Positions 54,911-62,909 of a DNA stretch of 64,000 bases are shown here, one piece after another; the stretch's first letter is position 1, and each line of letters begins with the position of its first letter. This stretch comes from a virus. Lineage: Duplodnaviria; Caudoviricetes. A model generated the notes under the pieces. It had not been told where the DNA came from. It did not search any database and was given only the letters and a program-made list of their open reading frames with translations. Location: positions 33,903 to 97,902 of IMG/VR virus record IMGVR_UViG_3300046490_000039. The stretch is one strand, 5' to 3'. The position numbers and the translations under genes are program-made.

Positions 54911-56713
54911 TCACTCCTTTACTCGGTGCTTGGCTGCGGCCCCAGATTGCTCGTAGTAGTACCGCTTCGCTTCCAGTGCTTTGCCTTCATTGTAGAGGCG
55001 CTCCAGCTCTGCCATCTTCTCGGGGTTCTTGATGAAGTCCCCCTTCGCTTTCTCGGGAACAAGATACCGTTCCATCTCCCAAAGAACTGATTGAGCCGAT
55101 CGTGGGAGGGCTTCCGGAGAGACTCCGAGCTTCTGAGCGAGGTACGGGATCATCGCCTGAAGGGCGGCCTGATTGGCCGGATACCCACGAGCGAACCCGA
55201 CCTCAGTTGTGGAAGTGAAGTACGGTTTAGCCGATGTGGCGTTCAGGGGGAGGCCAACCGAGGCGCTGAAGAAGTGAGTGTCAGCGGTGATCGCTCTTTG
55301 CGCTGTATCGTTCGGGTAGGCAATGTTCATGTAGAACGCTCGGACCTTGGATTGACCTGAGACGTTGGCAGAAATGACCTTGGACATTTCCTCAACACTG
55401 GCCCCATTCTTGTCGGCCTTGGCGATCTTGATGGCCTTCAGCATGTTGGAGTTGCTTTGGATGATGGCCTTACCACTGTCCAGCCTCTTGTCGTACGACC
55501 CGTCCGGATGCGGGATAAGGCTGATCCCCTTAGACCCGTTGAACTGAGTATCGCCCTGCAACACCATTACGGCGAGTTTGTCCGGTAGATCATTGAACCT
55601 CTTACCGACCATCATCTTCTGGTACGAGGCGAGAGTTTCGGGTCTCTCCGCTTCAGCGATGGCCTTGTCTACCTCAGTGAGATCTTGACCGTCTTTCTTG
55701 AGAGCGTCACGCTTTGACTGAAGGGCACGAACCGCACGATACTGAGCGTACTGAGCGTGGGTGTCCGTCATCTCCGGATTCTTGCCCACGTAGTCACACA
55801 CCTGCTTACCATTGTGCAGATTGGACTCCCAGGCGGCTGAAGGACTCAAGGCGGCGAGAACCGCAGCGGCCGTCTCGTGATGATTGAGGCCAGCATCGGT
55901 AGCCATTAGATGAGATTCTGTGTTGGCTACATCATACCAGTGAGCAGCGGACTGAGCCATTTCCGGCGTGTACCCGGCCTCTATCGCCATATCGACCGTG
56001 GCCTTCAGATGGTCAATGGTAACTTGCACCGCCTCTTCGGGGGTAGTAACGTGCTGCCCGCCAGGCACGGCAGTCTGGAAATGCTCAACGAGTTGCTGGC
56101 GGCCCGTGGGCGTCAGCCCGTCGATGCCAAAGTCTCTGGTGCCGACCGTGCCTTTGCCTTTCGATCCCCGAGACACCTCAATCTCTCCGCCCGTCGCCCC
56201 TCTCGTCTGGCCTTTGGAGGACCCACCCGTTCCGCCAGAGGTAGGCGGTCGGCAGCTCGCATCATGGCACTCAAACTCGTCAACCTCCGTAAACTCTCCT
56301 AGAGCGAAGGTCTCGACGGGTCCACCCGCCGTCAGCGGTGGTGTGGCCCGCTTCTGTTCACGCCGCCACGCCTGCTTGTACGCTTGCTGGTAGTCCTCAC
56401 GCCGCCACGCCTGCTTGTACGCTTGCTGGTAGTCCTCACGATCCTCGTACGGGGAATCACCTCCCCATCCTATGCGGGCCATTTCTGATGTCGTATGCTG
56501 GCCCCACTTCTTCCCTCCCCCCGTGTCGCTACCGCCAGAGCCGCCTGAGGAAGTAGGACGACAAGCGGCGCTATGGCAGGCGAACTCGTCAACCTCTGTG
56601 AAGAGACCGGTAGTGATTGTCTCCAATCGCAGGAACGTCCCGCCAGTGAGCAGCTCTTCCTCTTCGACCATGAGAGGTCGAGCAGGTGACAACGATGCGA
56701 CGACGGTACTCAC
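54911..56713 (-). CDS. tagged protein with HhH DNA-glycosylase-like domain
   Basis: Two CHxAxCRP tags; HWY...AALSP...W.SN...KVRAFYMNI..P...TADTH...QSVLW. Confidence 0.6.
   Translation of the reverse strand: MSTVVASLSPARPLMVEEEELLTGGTFLRLETITTGLFTEVDEFACHSAACRPTSSGGSGGSDTGGGKKWGQHTTSEMARIGWGGDSPYEDREDYQQAYKQAWRREDYQQAYKQAWRREQKRATPPLTAGGPVETFALGEFTEVDEFECHDASCRPPTSGGTGGSSKGQTRGATGGEIEVSRGSKGKGTVGTRDFGIDGLTPTGRQQLVEHFQTAVPGGQHVTTPEEAVQVTIDHLKATVDMAIEAGYTPEMAQSAAHWYDVANTESHLMATDAGLNHHETAAAVLAALSPSAAWESNLHNGKQVCDYVGKNPEMTDTHAQYAQYRAVRALQSKRDALKKDGQDLTEVDKAIAEAERPETLASYQKMMVGKRFNDLPDKLAVMVLQGDTQFNGSKGISLIPHPDGSYDKRLDSGKAIIQSNSNMLKAIKIAKADKNGASVEEMSKVISANVSGQSKVRAFYMNIAYPNDTAQRAITADTHFFSASVGLPLNATSAKPYFTSTTEVGFARGYPANQAALQAMIPYLAQKLGVSPEALPRSAQSVLWEMERYLVPEKAKGDFIKNPEKMAELERLYNEGKALEAKRYYYEQSGAAAKHRVKE
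56358..56440. repeat. perfect 39-bp tandem duplication
   Basis: TCACGCCGCCACGCCTGCTTGTACGCTTGCTGGTAGTCC x2 (REDYQQAYKQAWR x2). Confidence 0.95.
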
Positions 56714-56722
56714 GGGGCCAGC

Positions 56723-57268
56723 TTAGCTGCCGTCGAGGAGCTGATCCGCCAAGTTGAGGGTCGCCCGTGCCAGATCGTCCATCGTGCCGTCGTTCTCCAG
56801 CACGAGGTCGGCCAGCTCGATCACGTCCCGCATGCCGACCTCGGACTCGTGGCCGTTGACCGGCCCGAAACCGGGGCGGTGAACCCACACGAGCACGTCG
56901 ATCCCCTGCATCTCGTTCAGGAACCGCACCCCGGTGGTCACCACACGGTCGTGTAGGGCCGCCTGCTGCGCTGCACGGTGCACCCAGGTGTCTTCGTCCA
57001 CCGAGCGCCACACGTCGGTCCCGTAGCGCTGTAGCAGCTCCCGGAAGTCCGTCGATGCGGCCTTGAGATCGTCGTACCCGAATACCTCCAGCCAGTCGTT
57101 GAGGCGCTGCGTCTGACCGGAGTCGATCTGGACAAGCGGGTTGAGGATCTTCATGTCACGTAGCAGGGCATCGCTCATGTTGACCTTGACGAAGCCACGG
57201 TGCTCGACGAGCGCCGATGCGGCAACGTCTTTCCCCGAGCCTGCGAACCCAGTGAATCCGATCCTCAT
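56723..57268 (-). CDS. deoxynucleoside monophosphate kinase
   Basis: GFAGSGKD...RELLQRYGTD...VRFLNE...HESE...NDGT. Confidence 0.9.
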   Translation of the reverse strand: MRIGFTGFAGSGKDVAASALVEHRGFVKVNMSDALLRDMKILNPLVQIDSGQTQRLNDWLEVFGYDDLKAASTDFRELLQRYGTDVWRSVDEDTWVHRAAQQAALHDRVVTTGVRFLNEMQGIDVLVWVHRPGFGPVNGHESEVGMRDVIELADLVLENDGTMDDLARATLNLADQLLDGS

Positions 57269-57447
57269 TCTGTTCCTCTCTCAGGTCTCTTGATCCACAC
57301 CGAGTGGAGTGGAGCGCTACACCCCTCACAGGTGTTGTCGTGAATTGTCTCCCGCCACAGGGCACGGAGTCGAGTGGCGCAGCCAATGCACGATGGCACC
57401 CACTTTCCATTCCAGAGGGCTTCGCCCGCTGCGTCGTCCCACATCAA
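57265..57447 (-). CDS. small Zn-finger protein
   Basis: Two CxxC motifs; overlaps both neighbours. Confidence 0.55.
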   Translation of the reverse strand: MMWDDAAGEALWNGKWVPSCIGCATRLRALWRETIHDNTCEGCSAPLHSVWIKRPERGTE

Positions 57448-58493
57448 TCCTTCTCCCTTAGCAGATAGGAATTGCTGATGGCCTTGAAGCTCACCCGTGG
57501 TCCCTCGTCATTCGATCGTATCACGATCCCCTCACGACGGTTCTTGGTCCCCGTGTAGTAGCCCTCGGCCATAGCGAGCAGGTCGTCCTGGTCGTAATTG
57601 AAGGCGGTGCCCGTCTCGACCAGCTCGACGGTGTGGAATCCTAGCTCCAGCGCCGCCTCGTCAATCTCGTCGAAGGACCAGTACCGATTGACGTAGCGGT
57701 CGTAGACGTTGAACACGAGGCATCGGTGCTCGTTTAGCCCGAGCGGATTCTTCTGGATTCCCGGACCGACCAGCTCACCCTGCACGGCGAGGTTCGGCAC
57801 GGCCTCCACCATCCGGCGAAGCGGCTCAGCCGCACGGTAGTACGCCGAGTCGGGGTTGGGCTTCAGTCGGTAGTTACGAGACGCCACCTTGAACTCACCC
57901 TCGTGCATCGCACACGTCATCGAGGCTCCGTCCGCCTTGACGGTGATGTAGTAAGGCCTACCGGCTAGAGCGCCGAGATAGTAGGACGGATCTGACTGCA
58001 CTCGCTCCTCATCGGTCTTCGACACACCGTCGAAGAACTGCCCGGCGATGTCGGCTGATCCGACCGGGAGAGGCGGGTCGTACTTCTTGACGCCCATGAT
58101 CTCGGTCACGTCCAGGCCCTCCATGGTCTCGCCAATCTCGCTCGGAATCCAGAGGAACCCATCGAGCAGGGTGACGGCCGTCAGCGGGAACAGGATGCCC
58201 TGGCTGATCTGCCCACGGAGCTTGATCGTACGGATGCGGTAGTTGTTGGGCCGCTGGTCAGCGAACCTCCAGAGGAACTGATATTCCTCGGTGTCAGGTG
58301 GAACCGAGTCGATCTCCAGGTAGACTGCGAGGTCACCGACCTGGAAGTCTCCCTTCTTGACAACGACGTGCCAACCGAGTACACTCGCTCGCTCGATGGC
58401 GTCGGCACCCTCGATGGGGTCGAGTGCCAGGATGCGTTGGATCGAGGCAAGCTTGCGCCCGGACTCGCTGTTGGTCTCTCCGAACTCACTCAT
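57444..58493 (-). CDS. RNA ligase, DRB0094/Rnl2-like family
   Basis: RKLAS...ADAIE...EIDS...KLRGQISQG...KTDEERVQ...KADGAS...QGELVG...REGIV...FKAIS. Confidence 0.92.
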   Translation of the reverse strand: MSEFGETNSESGRKLASIQRILALDPIEGADAIERASVLGWHVVVKKGDFQVGDLAVYLEIDSVPPDTEEYQFLWRFADQRPNNYRIRTIKLRGQISQGILFPLTAVTLLDGFLWIPSEIGETMEGLDVTEIMGVKKYDPPLPVGSADIAGQFFDGVSKTDEERVQSDPSYYLGALAGRPYYITVKADGASMTCAMHEGEFKVASRNYRLKPNPDSAYYRAAEPLRRMVEAVPNLAVQGELVGPGIQKNPLGLNEHRCLVFNVYDRYVNRYWSFDEIDEAALELGFHTVELVETGTAFNYDQDDLLAMAEGYYTGTKNRREGIVIRSNDEGPRVSFKAISNSYLLREKD

Positions 58494-59580
58494 CGTCTTG
58501 CACCGCCATGATCGGGTCGATCCCGGCCGGATAGCTCTTGGCTGCCTGCACCCAGGCGTCGTCCCTACGACCGTCCAGGATCAGGAACGCCAGCCCTCGG
58601 ACCGTGGGGTCGAGCGCCTCGCTGAAGGCCTTGGCGATGTCCCGACGCTCGGTCAGGTCAGATACCGCAGTGACAGCCCGCTCAGCTTCCTCGCAGAGGC
58701 CCCTGGAGTGGCTCAGGATCGCCTCCACGACAGTTTGGGTAGCCGAATCCATCTCGTCGGGGATCTGGTCCAGGAACGCCTCCCAGAGGCCCTCTCCGTC
58801 TTCAGACGTGAGACTGCCGAGGTACGCCTCGTGGATGCGTCGGGGGGTCAGGTGCGTCATCATCTTGTGCAGTTTCAGGTACCAGTCGAACTTGACCTTG
58901 AGACGGTGCGCCGGAGCGTTCTCACGAGGAAACACGATGACGAACCCCTCACGGTTCTCGCCATTGGTCGGATCGGAACAGATCGTGGTGAGGTAGTCGA
59001 GCCGGAGGCCGGTCCGATCGGTGGCGGTCTCGCCCGCCCAGCCCGTGTCGCTGGCTACGTCCTCCGGGTGGGTCCAGTCCTTGCCGCTCTCGACCTCGAC
59101 CTCACCCAGCAGCACGAGACCACGGAAGGCGTTGTAGTCGACGACGACACGGTTGAACCCGAAGACCCCCTCAAACAGCGTGGTGGTGCCGTACTTCGGT
59201 CGCCACCCGTTCAGGTACGGAAGGGCCGCCGAAACGTGAGGCGTGTCGAAGGACCCCTTGGTCCACACGAGCAGCTCCCCGTCGAACTCGGTGACGTGGA
59301 TCAGAGTGCCGTCCACCTTGTCGAAGACAGCGTAGAAGTCCTCGTCGGGCAGGGAAGCGATCGGGTCACCGGCAGCGAAGAACTTGGGGAAGCCACGACC
59401 GATCACCCGCCCGTCATCATGCGTCACGAGGCCACGAGCGCCCGTGGTCACCTCGTCCCAGGCCCGCTCGTACTGAGCCTTGCGGGTGTAGCACCAGACC
59501 GTCAGCGGTAGCGTCGAGTGGCGAGACCCGTGCACCAGGCCTTGCTCCTGGTACTTCAGCAGCTTTGCGTTCGTGATCAC
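58486..59580 (-). CDS. T4 Rnl1-like RNA ligase
   Basis: RGL...FPKFF...KVDGT...TKGSF...EGFV...KVKF..Y. Confidence 0.9.
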   Translation of the reverse strand: MITNAKLLKYQEQGLVHGSRHSTLPLTVWCYTRKAQYERAWDEVTTGARGLVTHDDGRVIGRGFPKFFAAGDPIASLPDEDFYAVFDKVDGTLIHVTEFDGELLVWTKGSFDTPHVSAALPYLNGWRPKYGTTTLFEGVFGFNRVVVDYNAFRGLVLLGEVEVESGKDWTHPEDVASDTGWAGETATDRTGLRLDYLTTICSDPTNGENREGFVIVFPRENAPAHRLKVKFDWYLKLHKMMTHLTPRRIHEAYLGSLTSEDGEGLWEAFLDQIPDEMDSATQTVVEAILSHSRGLCEEAERAVTAVSDLTERRDIAKAFSEALDPTVRGLAFLILDGRRDDAWVQAAKSYPAGIDPIMAVQDDE

Positions 59581-59984
59581 GACTTTCCCTTGTCCATTCT
59601 CCGGATGACCTCTTCACCCACCGGGTGCTCTCGTGCGGCGTCTCGCTCGATGCAGACCTCGATCGGTACGTCAAGAAACGATACCTCATGGTACTGCGTT
59701 CCGGCCGATTCGGCCAGCTTCTTCCAGGCCTTGCGGTACTTGGCTCGCAGGTTCGTGTCCGAGACGATCACGGTCATACCGAACCCGAGCGCTGTACGAA
59801 CACGGTCCTGAGCGATGCGGGTCACCTCGACCTCACGGGTGAAGTTCTGGGTCGAGCCGGTCAGCTCCTCTCGGATCATGTCTCGCTCGACGATGAGCGG
59901 ACGACCGGGGGTCGAGCGTTGGAAGTCCTTGGCCCACGTGGTCTTGCCAGAGCCGGGCGGTCCGATAGTCACGTACAGGGTCAC
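59577..59984 (-). CDS. polynucleotide kinase (AAA_33-type kinase domain only)
   Basis: GPPGSGKTTWA...RD.IR...DTN...CIERD..R..V...VI..M. Confidence 0.85.
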   Translation of the reverse strand: MTLYVTIGPPGSGKTTWAKDFQRSTPGRPLIVERDMIREELTGSTQNFTREVEVTRIAQDRVRTALGFGMTVIVSDTNLRAKYRKAWKKLAESAGTQYHEVSFLDVPIEVCIERDAAREHPVGEEVIRRMDKGKS

Positions 59985-60157
59985 AGCCAGCTCCACGTCC
60001 CAACGGTGTTGCCGTTGGAGTCACGCAGGCGGCCGGTATCGGGCAGGCTGATGAACTCGTGATCGAGTCTGTGGGCCATATCCCGTAGGATGTCGGCCAG
60101 CTCGTCGGCGTTGTCCACGAAGGCGGCGTTGTCGGTGTTGATCGTGAGGGTGAACAT
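59981..60157 (-). CDS. phage hypothetical protein
   Basis: I.TDNAAF...E...IL...DSNGNTVG; GTGA coupling to the kinase. Confidence 0.65.
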   Translation of the reverse strand: MFTLTINTDNAAFVDNADELADILRDMAHRLDHEFISLPDTGRLRDSNGNTVGTWSWL

Positions 60158-60163
60158 GGCGGC

Positions 60164-60625
60164 TCAGCCTAGCAGCCAGACTCGATCGCTGCACATTGTG
60201 GCCATGGTGGCCCCAATGAGCGCACCGAACTTTGCGGCGGTAAGTGTCGTTGACCCTGACATCTGCCAGGCGGTGGTCATCTCGGAGAGGAAGGCGTCCG
60301 AAGAGACCGTGGTCTTAGCGATCGAGCACACGGAGTACCCGAGGCTACTCATCGTTTCCTTGGAGATCCCGGCCAGGTCCGGAAAGCCCCCGGATGTCAG
60401 CGCCTTCTGCACGCCAGCGTACTCGGAGTCCGACAGCACCCCATCGGCCGTGGTGTCCACGGAGGGGACGATGACGGCGGGAGCGGGGGCCGTGGTCGTG
60501 GCGTCGGGAACGGTGGAGACCGGTGCCCCGGTGGTTGTAGGGGCCGGTGAGCTGCCACCGAGCCTGACGGTGCACGCACTGAACGCTAGGGCGCACAGCG
60601 TGGTGGCGAGCATGGTCTTCTTCAT
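60164..60625 (-). CDS. lipoprotein (DUF732-like)
   Basis: MKK...FSAC lipobox; P/T linker; LG..VC...C. Confidence 0.7.
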   Translation of the reverse strand: MKKTMLATTLCALAFSACTVRLGGSSPAPTTTGAPVSTVPDATTTAPAPAVIVPSVDTTADGVLSDSEYAGVQKALTSGGFPDLAGISKETMSSLGYSVCSIAKTTVSSDAFLSEMTTAWQMSGSTTLTAAKFGALIGATMATMCSDRVWLLG

Positions 60626-60648
60626 GGTGTTGCCTCTCTTGTTGGGGG

Positions 60649-61230
60649 TCACTTCAGGCCCACCTTGATACATTCGGGGCCGAGACCGTCCGAGATGCTC
60701 TGGGGAGTGGTGAGCGTGCGGCCACAGCGGGCGCAGTGCTTGGCGACAAGGGCTGCGTCCGGATCGGCCAGGAGAGCGGCCGTGAAGGCGAGCAGCTCGG
60801 TGGCGTCAGCGTAGCGCTTCCAGGGGCGAACCGTGGCCCCGTCGAGGAAGCCGAAGCCCTTGTAGTCGGAGTCGTTGTCCGGGCCGTTCAGGAAGCTGAT
60901 GACAACCTTGCCGGGTGCGAACTCGGCGTCACTCGCCTGGCGCTCGACCTTGAAGGTGCGGCGACCGTTGGGCGTGACGACCGTGTAGACGCCGGGGTGG
61001 ACGTGGAAGGTGACCGGAGCCGGATCGGCGGCCGGGGCGGGCGCAGCGGCCTTGAGGCCCTTGAGCGTGTGCATCGCACGGTCGATCGAATTGGAGGCGT
61101 CGGCCACAGTGCGGTTCGGGAACGCCTCAACGGCGACCGGAGCGAACTCTGCAAAGGCGGGGTTCAGCTCGACGATCTCGCCTACGAGGCGGGTGTAGAG
61201 GCGGATCTGGGCTTGGGTGGCGGTCTTCAT
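60649..61230 (-). CDS. DUF6011-like Zn-finger protein
   Basis: GPDN..DY...CARCGRTLT.P.S...GLGPEC. Confidence 0.75.
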   Translation of the reverse strand: MKTATQAQIRLYTRLVGEIVELNPAFAEFAPVAVEAFPNRTVADASNSIDRAMHTLKGLKAAAPAPAADPAPVTFHVHPGVYTVVTPNGRRTFKVERQASDAEFAPGKVVISFLNGPDNDSDYKGFGFLDGATVRPWKRYADATELLAFTAALLADPDAALVAKHCARCGRTLTTPQSISDGLGPECIKVGLK

Positions 61231-61257
61231 GGTGGGCATCCCTTCGGTCACGTCTTC

Positions 61258-61286
61258 ATTATCGCACGAGCTGCGCCGGATGTCAA
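61258..61286 (-). promoter_or_regulatory. promoter TTGACA-17-GATAAT
   Basis: Consensus followed by GAAG. Confidence 0.8.
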
Positions 61287-61292
61287 GGGCTT

Positions 61293-62855
61293 TCACTTGA
61301 TCACCCAGCCCAGATCGTCGAGGCCCTTGCGGACATCGTTGCGGCTGCCGAAACCGCCGAGGATGTGAACGTGGCTCCAGTCGCCGTCGAAGCGGTGGCC
61401 ACGACCGACCGACTGGATGACGGCGGCCCGAGTGTCCTCGACCCACTTGGCGTAGTCGCTGTTCTTCGGGGCGTTCTGGGGGACTCGACTCACGATGACC
61501 GTGCGGAGCAGATCGCCGGGGAGGTTGACGCCCGTGCCAGCGCCCGAGACGCAGCCGACGATCAGGTGGTTCTTCGGGTCGGCCTTGTAGATCTCGATCG
61601 CCTTGGTCCGGTCCGTACCGGCGTAGTAATGAAGGGCGGCCCTAGCCACGTCGGCGGGAAGCTGAGCGACCACTGCGTTCAGGTCGTCCTTGCTCACGAA
61701 GAGGGCGAGCGTGGCCCCACCGTTGCGGAACGCCTTGGTGACCTTGGCCGCCGTGTATTTCGCCCAGGCCTTGTGCTCGGCCGGGTTGTACTTTCCGAAC
61801 TTCCAGGCGGGGGCGGTGGTGTCCACGAAGACCGTCGAGGCCGACACGTCCAGGCCCTCCAGGTTCTTGACCGTGGCGTCGAGGCCGAGGGCCTTGACGT
61901 TGCGGTCGCTGAGGGTGGCCGACATGGCGATGACACGGTGGGGAGCGAAGACGGCCGTGAGATCTACCGGGATCGTCAGGACGACCTTGAACTCGTCGGC
62001 GCTGAAAGCGACCTTGCGGCCTTCGGCAGCGGCAAGCTTGCGGTGGGCGAGGAACCGGCGAGCCTTCTTGACGTTCGGGTGGGTGTCGTCGTCGGCCCAG
62101 TCGAAGACCACGCTGAGAGCCTCTGCGAGACCGGCCGAGGCGGCCGCCCCGTCCTCGCCCTTGATCGTGATCTGCGAGCCGAGCACCTCAGCGATGGGGT
62201 CCACGTCGGCGTGCGCCTCGTCGAGCACGATGACCGGCTTGACGATGCTGGCGGCCCACTTGACCCCGCCACCGAGGGCCAGGCCCAGCATGGTAGCGTT
62301 CGTGATCACGATGTCGGCCTCGGCGGCGTCGTTGCGGGCCTGCCAGAGCGGGCAGCTCGACGCCTTGAAGGGGCACTCATCGCAGGGGGTCTTGAACGAG
62401 TCGTCATCGTCTTCGTCCTTCTCGACCGAGAGGGAGAGGACCGTGTGAGCCTTGTAGGCCTTCTGCTCAAGGCCAGCGCCGATGAAGGTGCCGGTCTCGA
62501 CGACGTGGGCCTTCTGGGCGACCGTGAGGCCAGCGAGATCCGGACTGGCGCTCTTGCACCAGTAGTGGCCCTTGCCGACCAGCGTGACGATCGAAGCGCC
62601 CGTCGCCTCTTCCCACTCGGGGATCTCAGCGGCGTACTGGGCGACGAGACCGTTGGAGTGCATGCCGATGATCCCGCCACCGGCCGCCAGCGAGGCGGCG
62701 ATAGCGAGAGCGGACTTGCCAACACCCGTGGGGGCGCAGAGCGCAACGTGGCGGTCGCCAGCGTCGATGGCCTTGGCAGCCTCAACCTGACCGCTACGGG
62801 CGGTGCGGCCCTGGGCGGCGAGCAGGTTGTGGAGGGCGTCGAGAGTGGTGGTCAC
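61293..62855 (-). CDS. DinG/XPD-like helicase
   Basis: R.GQ, APTGVGKS, GKGHYWC, Cys cluster, DEAH, MSATL, GVNLPG, QSVGRGHR. Confidence 0.85.
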   Translation of the reverse strand: MTTTLDALHNLLAAQGRTARSGQVEAAKAIDAGDRHVALCAPTGVGKSALAIAASLAAGGGIIGMHSNGLVAQYAAEIPEWEEATGASIVTLVGKGHYWCKSASPDLAGLTVAQKAHVVETGTFIGAGLEQKAYKAHTVLSLSVEKDEDDDDSFKTPCDECPFKASSCPLWQARNDAAEADIVITNATMLGLALGGGVKWAASIVKPVIVLDEAHADVDPIAEVLGSQITIKGEDGAAASAGLAEALSVVFDWADDDTHPNVKKARRFLAHRKLAAAEGRKVAFSADEFKVVLTIPVDLTAVFAPHRVIAMSATLSDRNVKALGLDATVKNLEGLDVSASTVFVDTTAPAWKFGKYNPAEHKAWAKYTAAKVTKAFRNGGATLALFVSKDDLNAVVAQLPADVARAALHYYAGTDRTKAIEIYKADPKNHLIVGCVSGAGTGVNLPGDLLRTVIVSRVPQNAPKNSDYAKWVEDTRAAVIQSVGRGHRFDGDWSHVHILGGFGSRNDVRKGLDDLGWVIK

Positions 62856-62880
62856 GGGTGTCCTTTCCGGGTACATCTTC

Positions 62881-62909
62881 AGTATGACAGGTCGGACCGC
62901 CCCTGTCAA
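62881..62909 (-). promoter_or_regulatory. promoter TTGACA-17-CATACT
   Basis: Consensus followed by GAAG. Confidence 0.75.
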
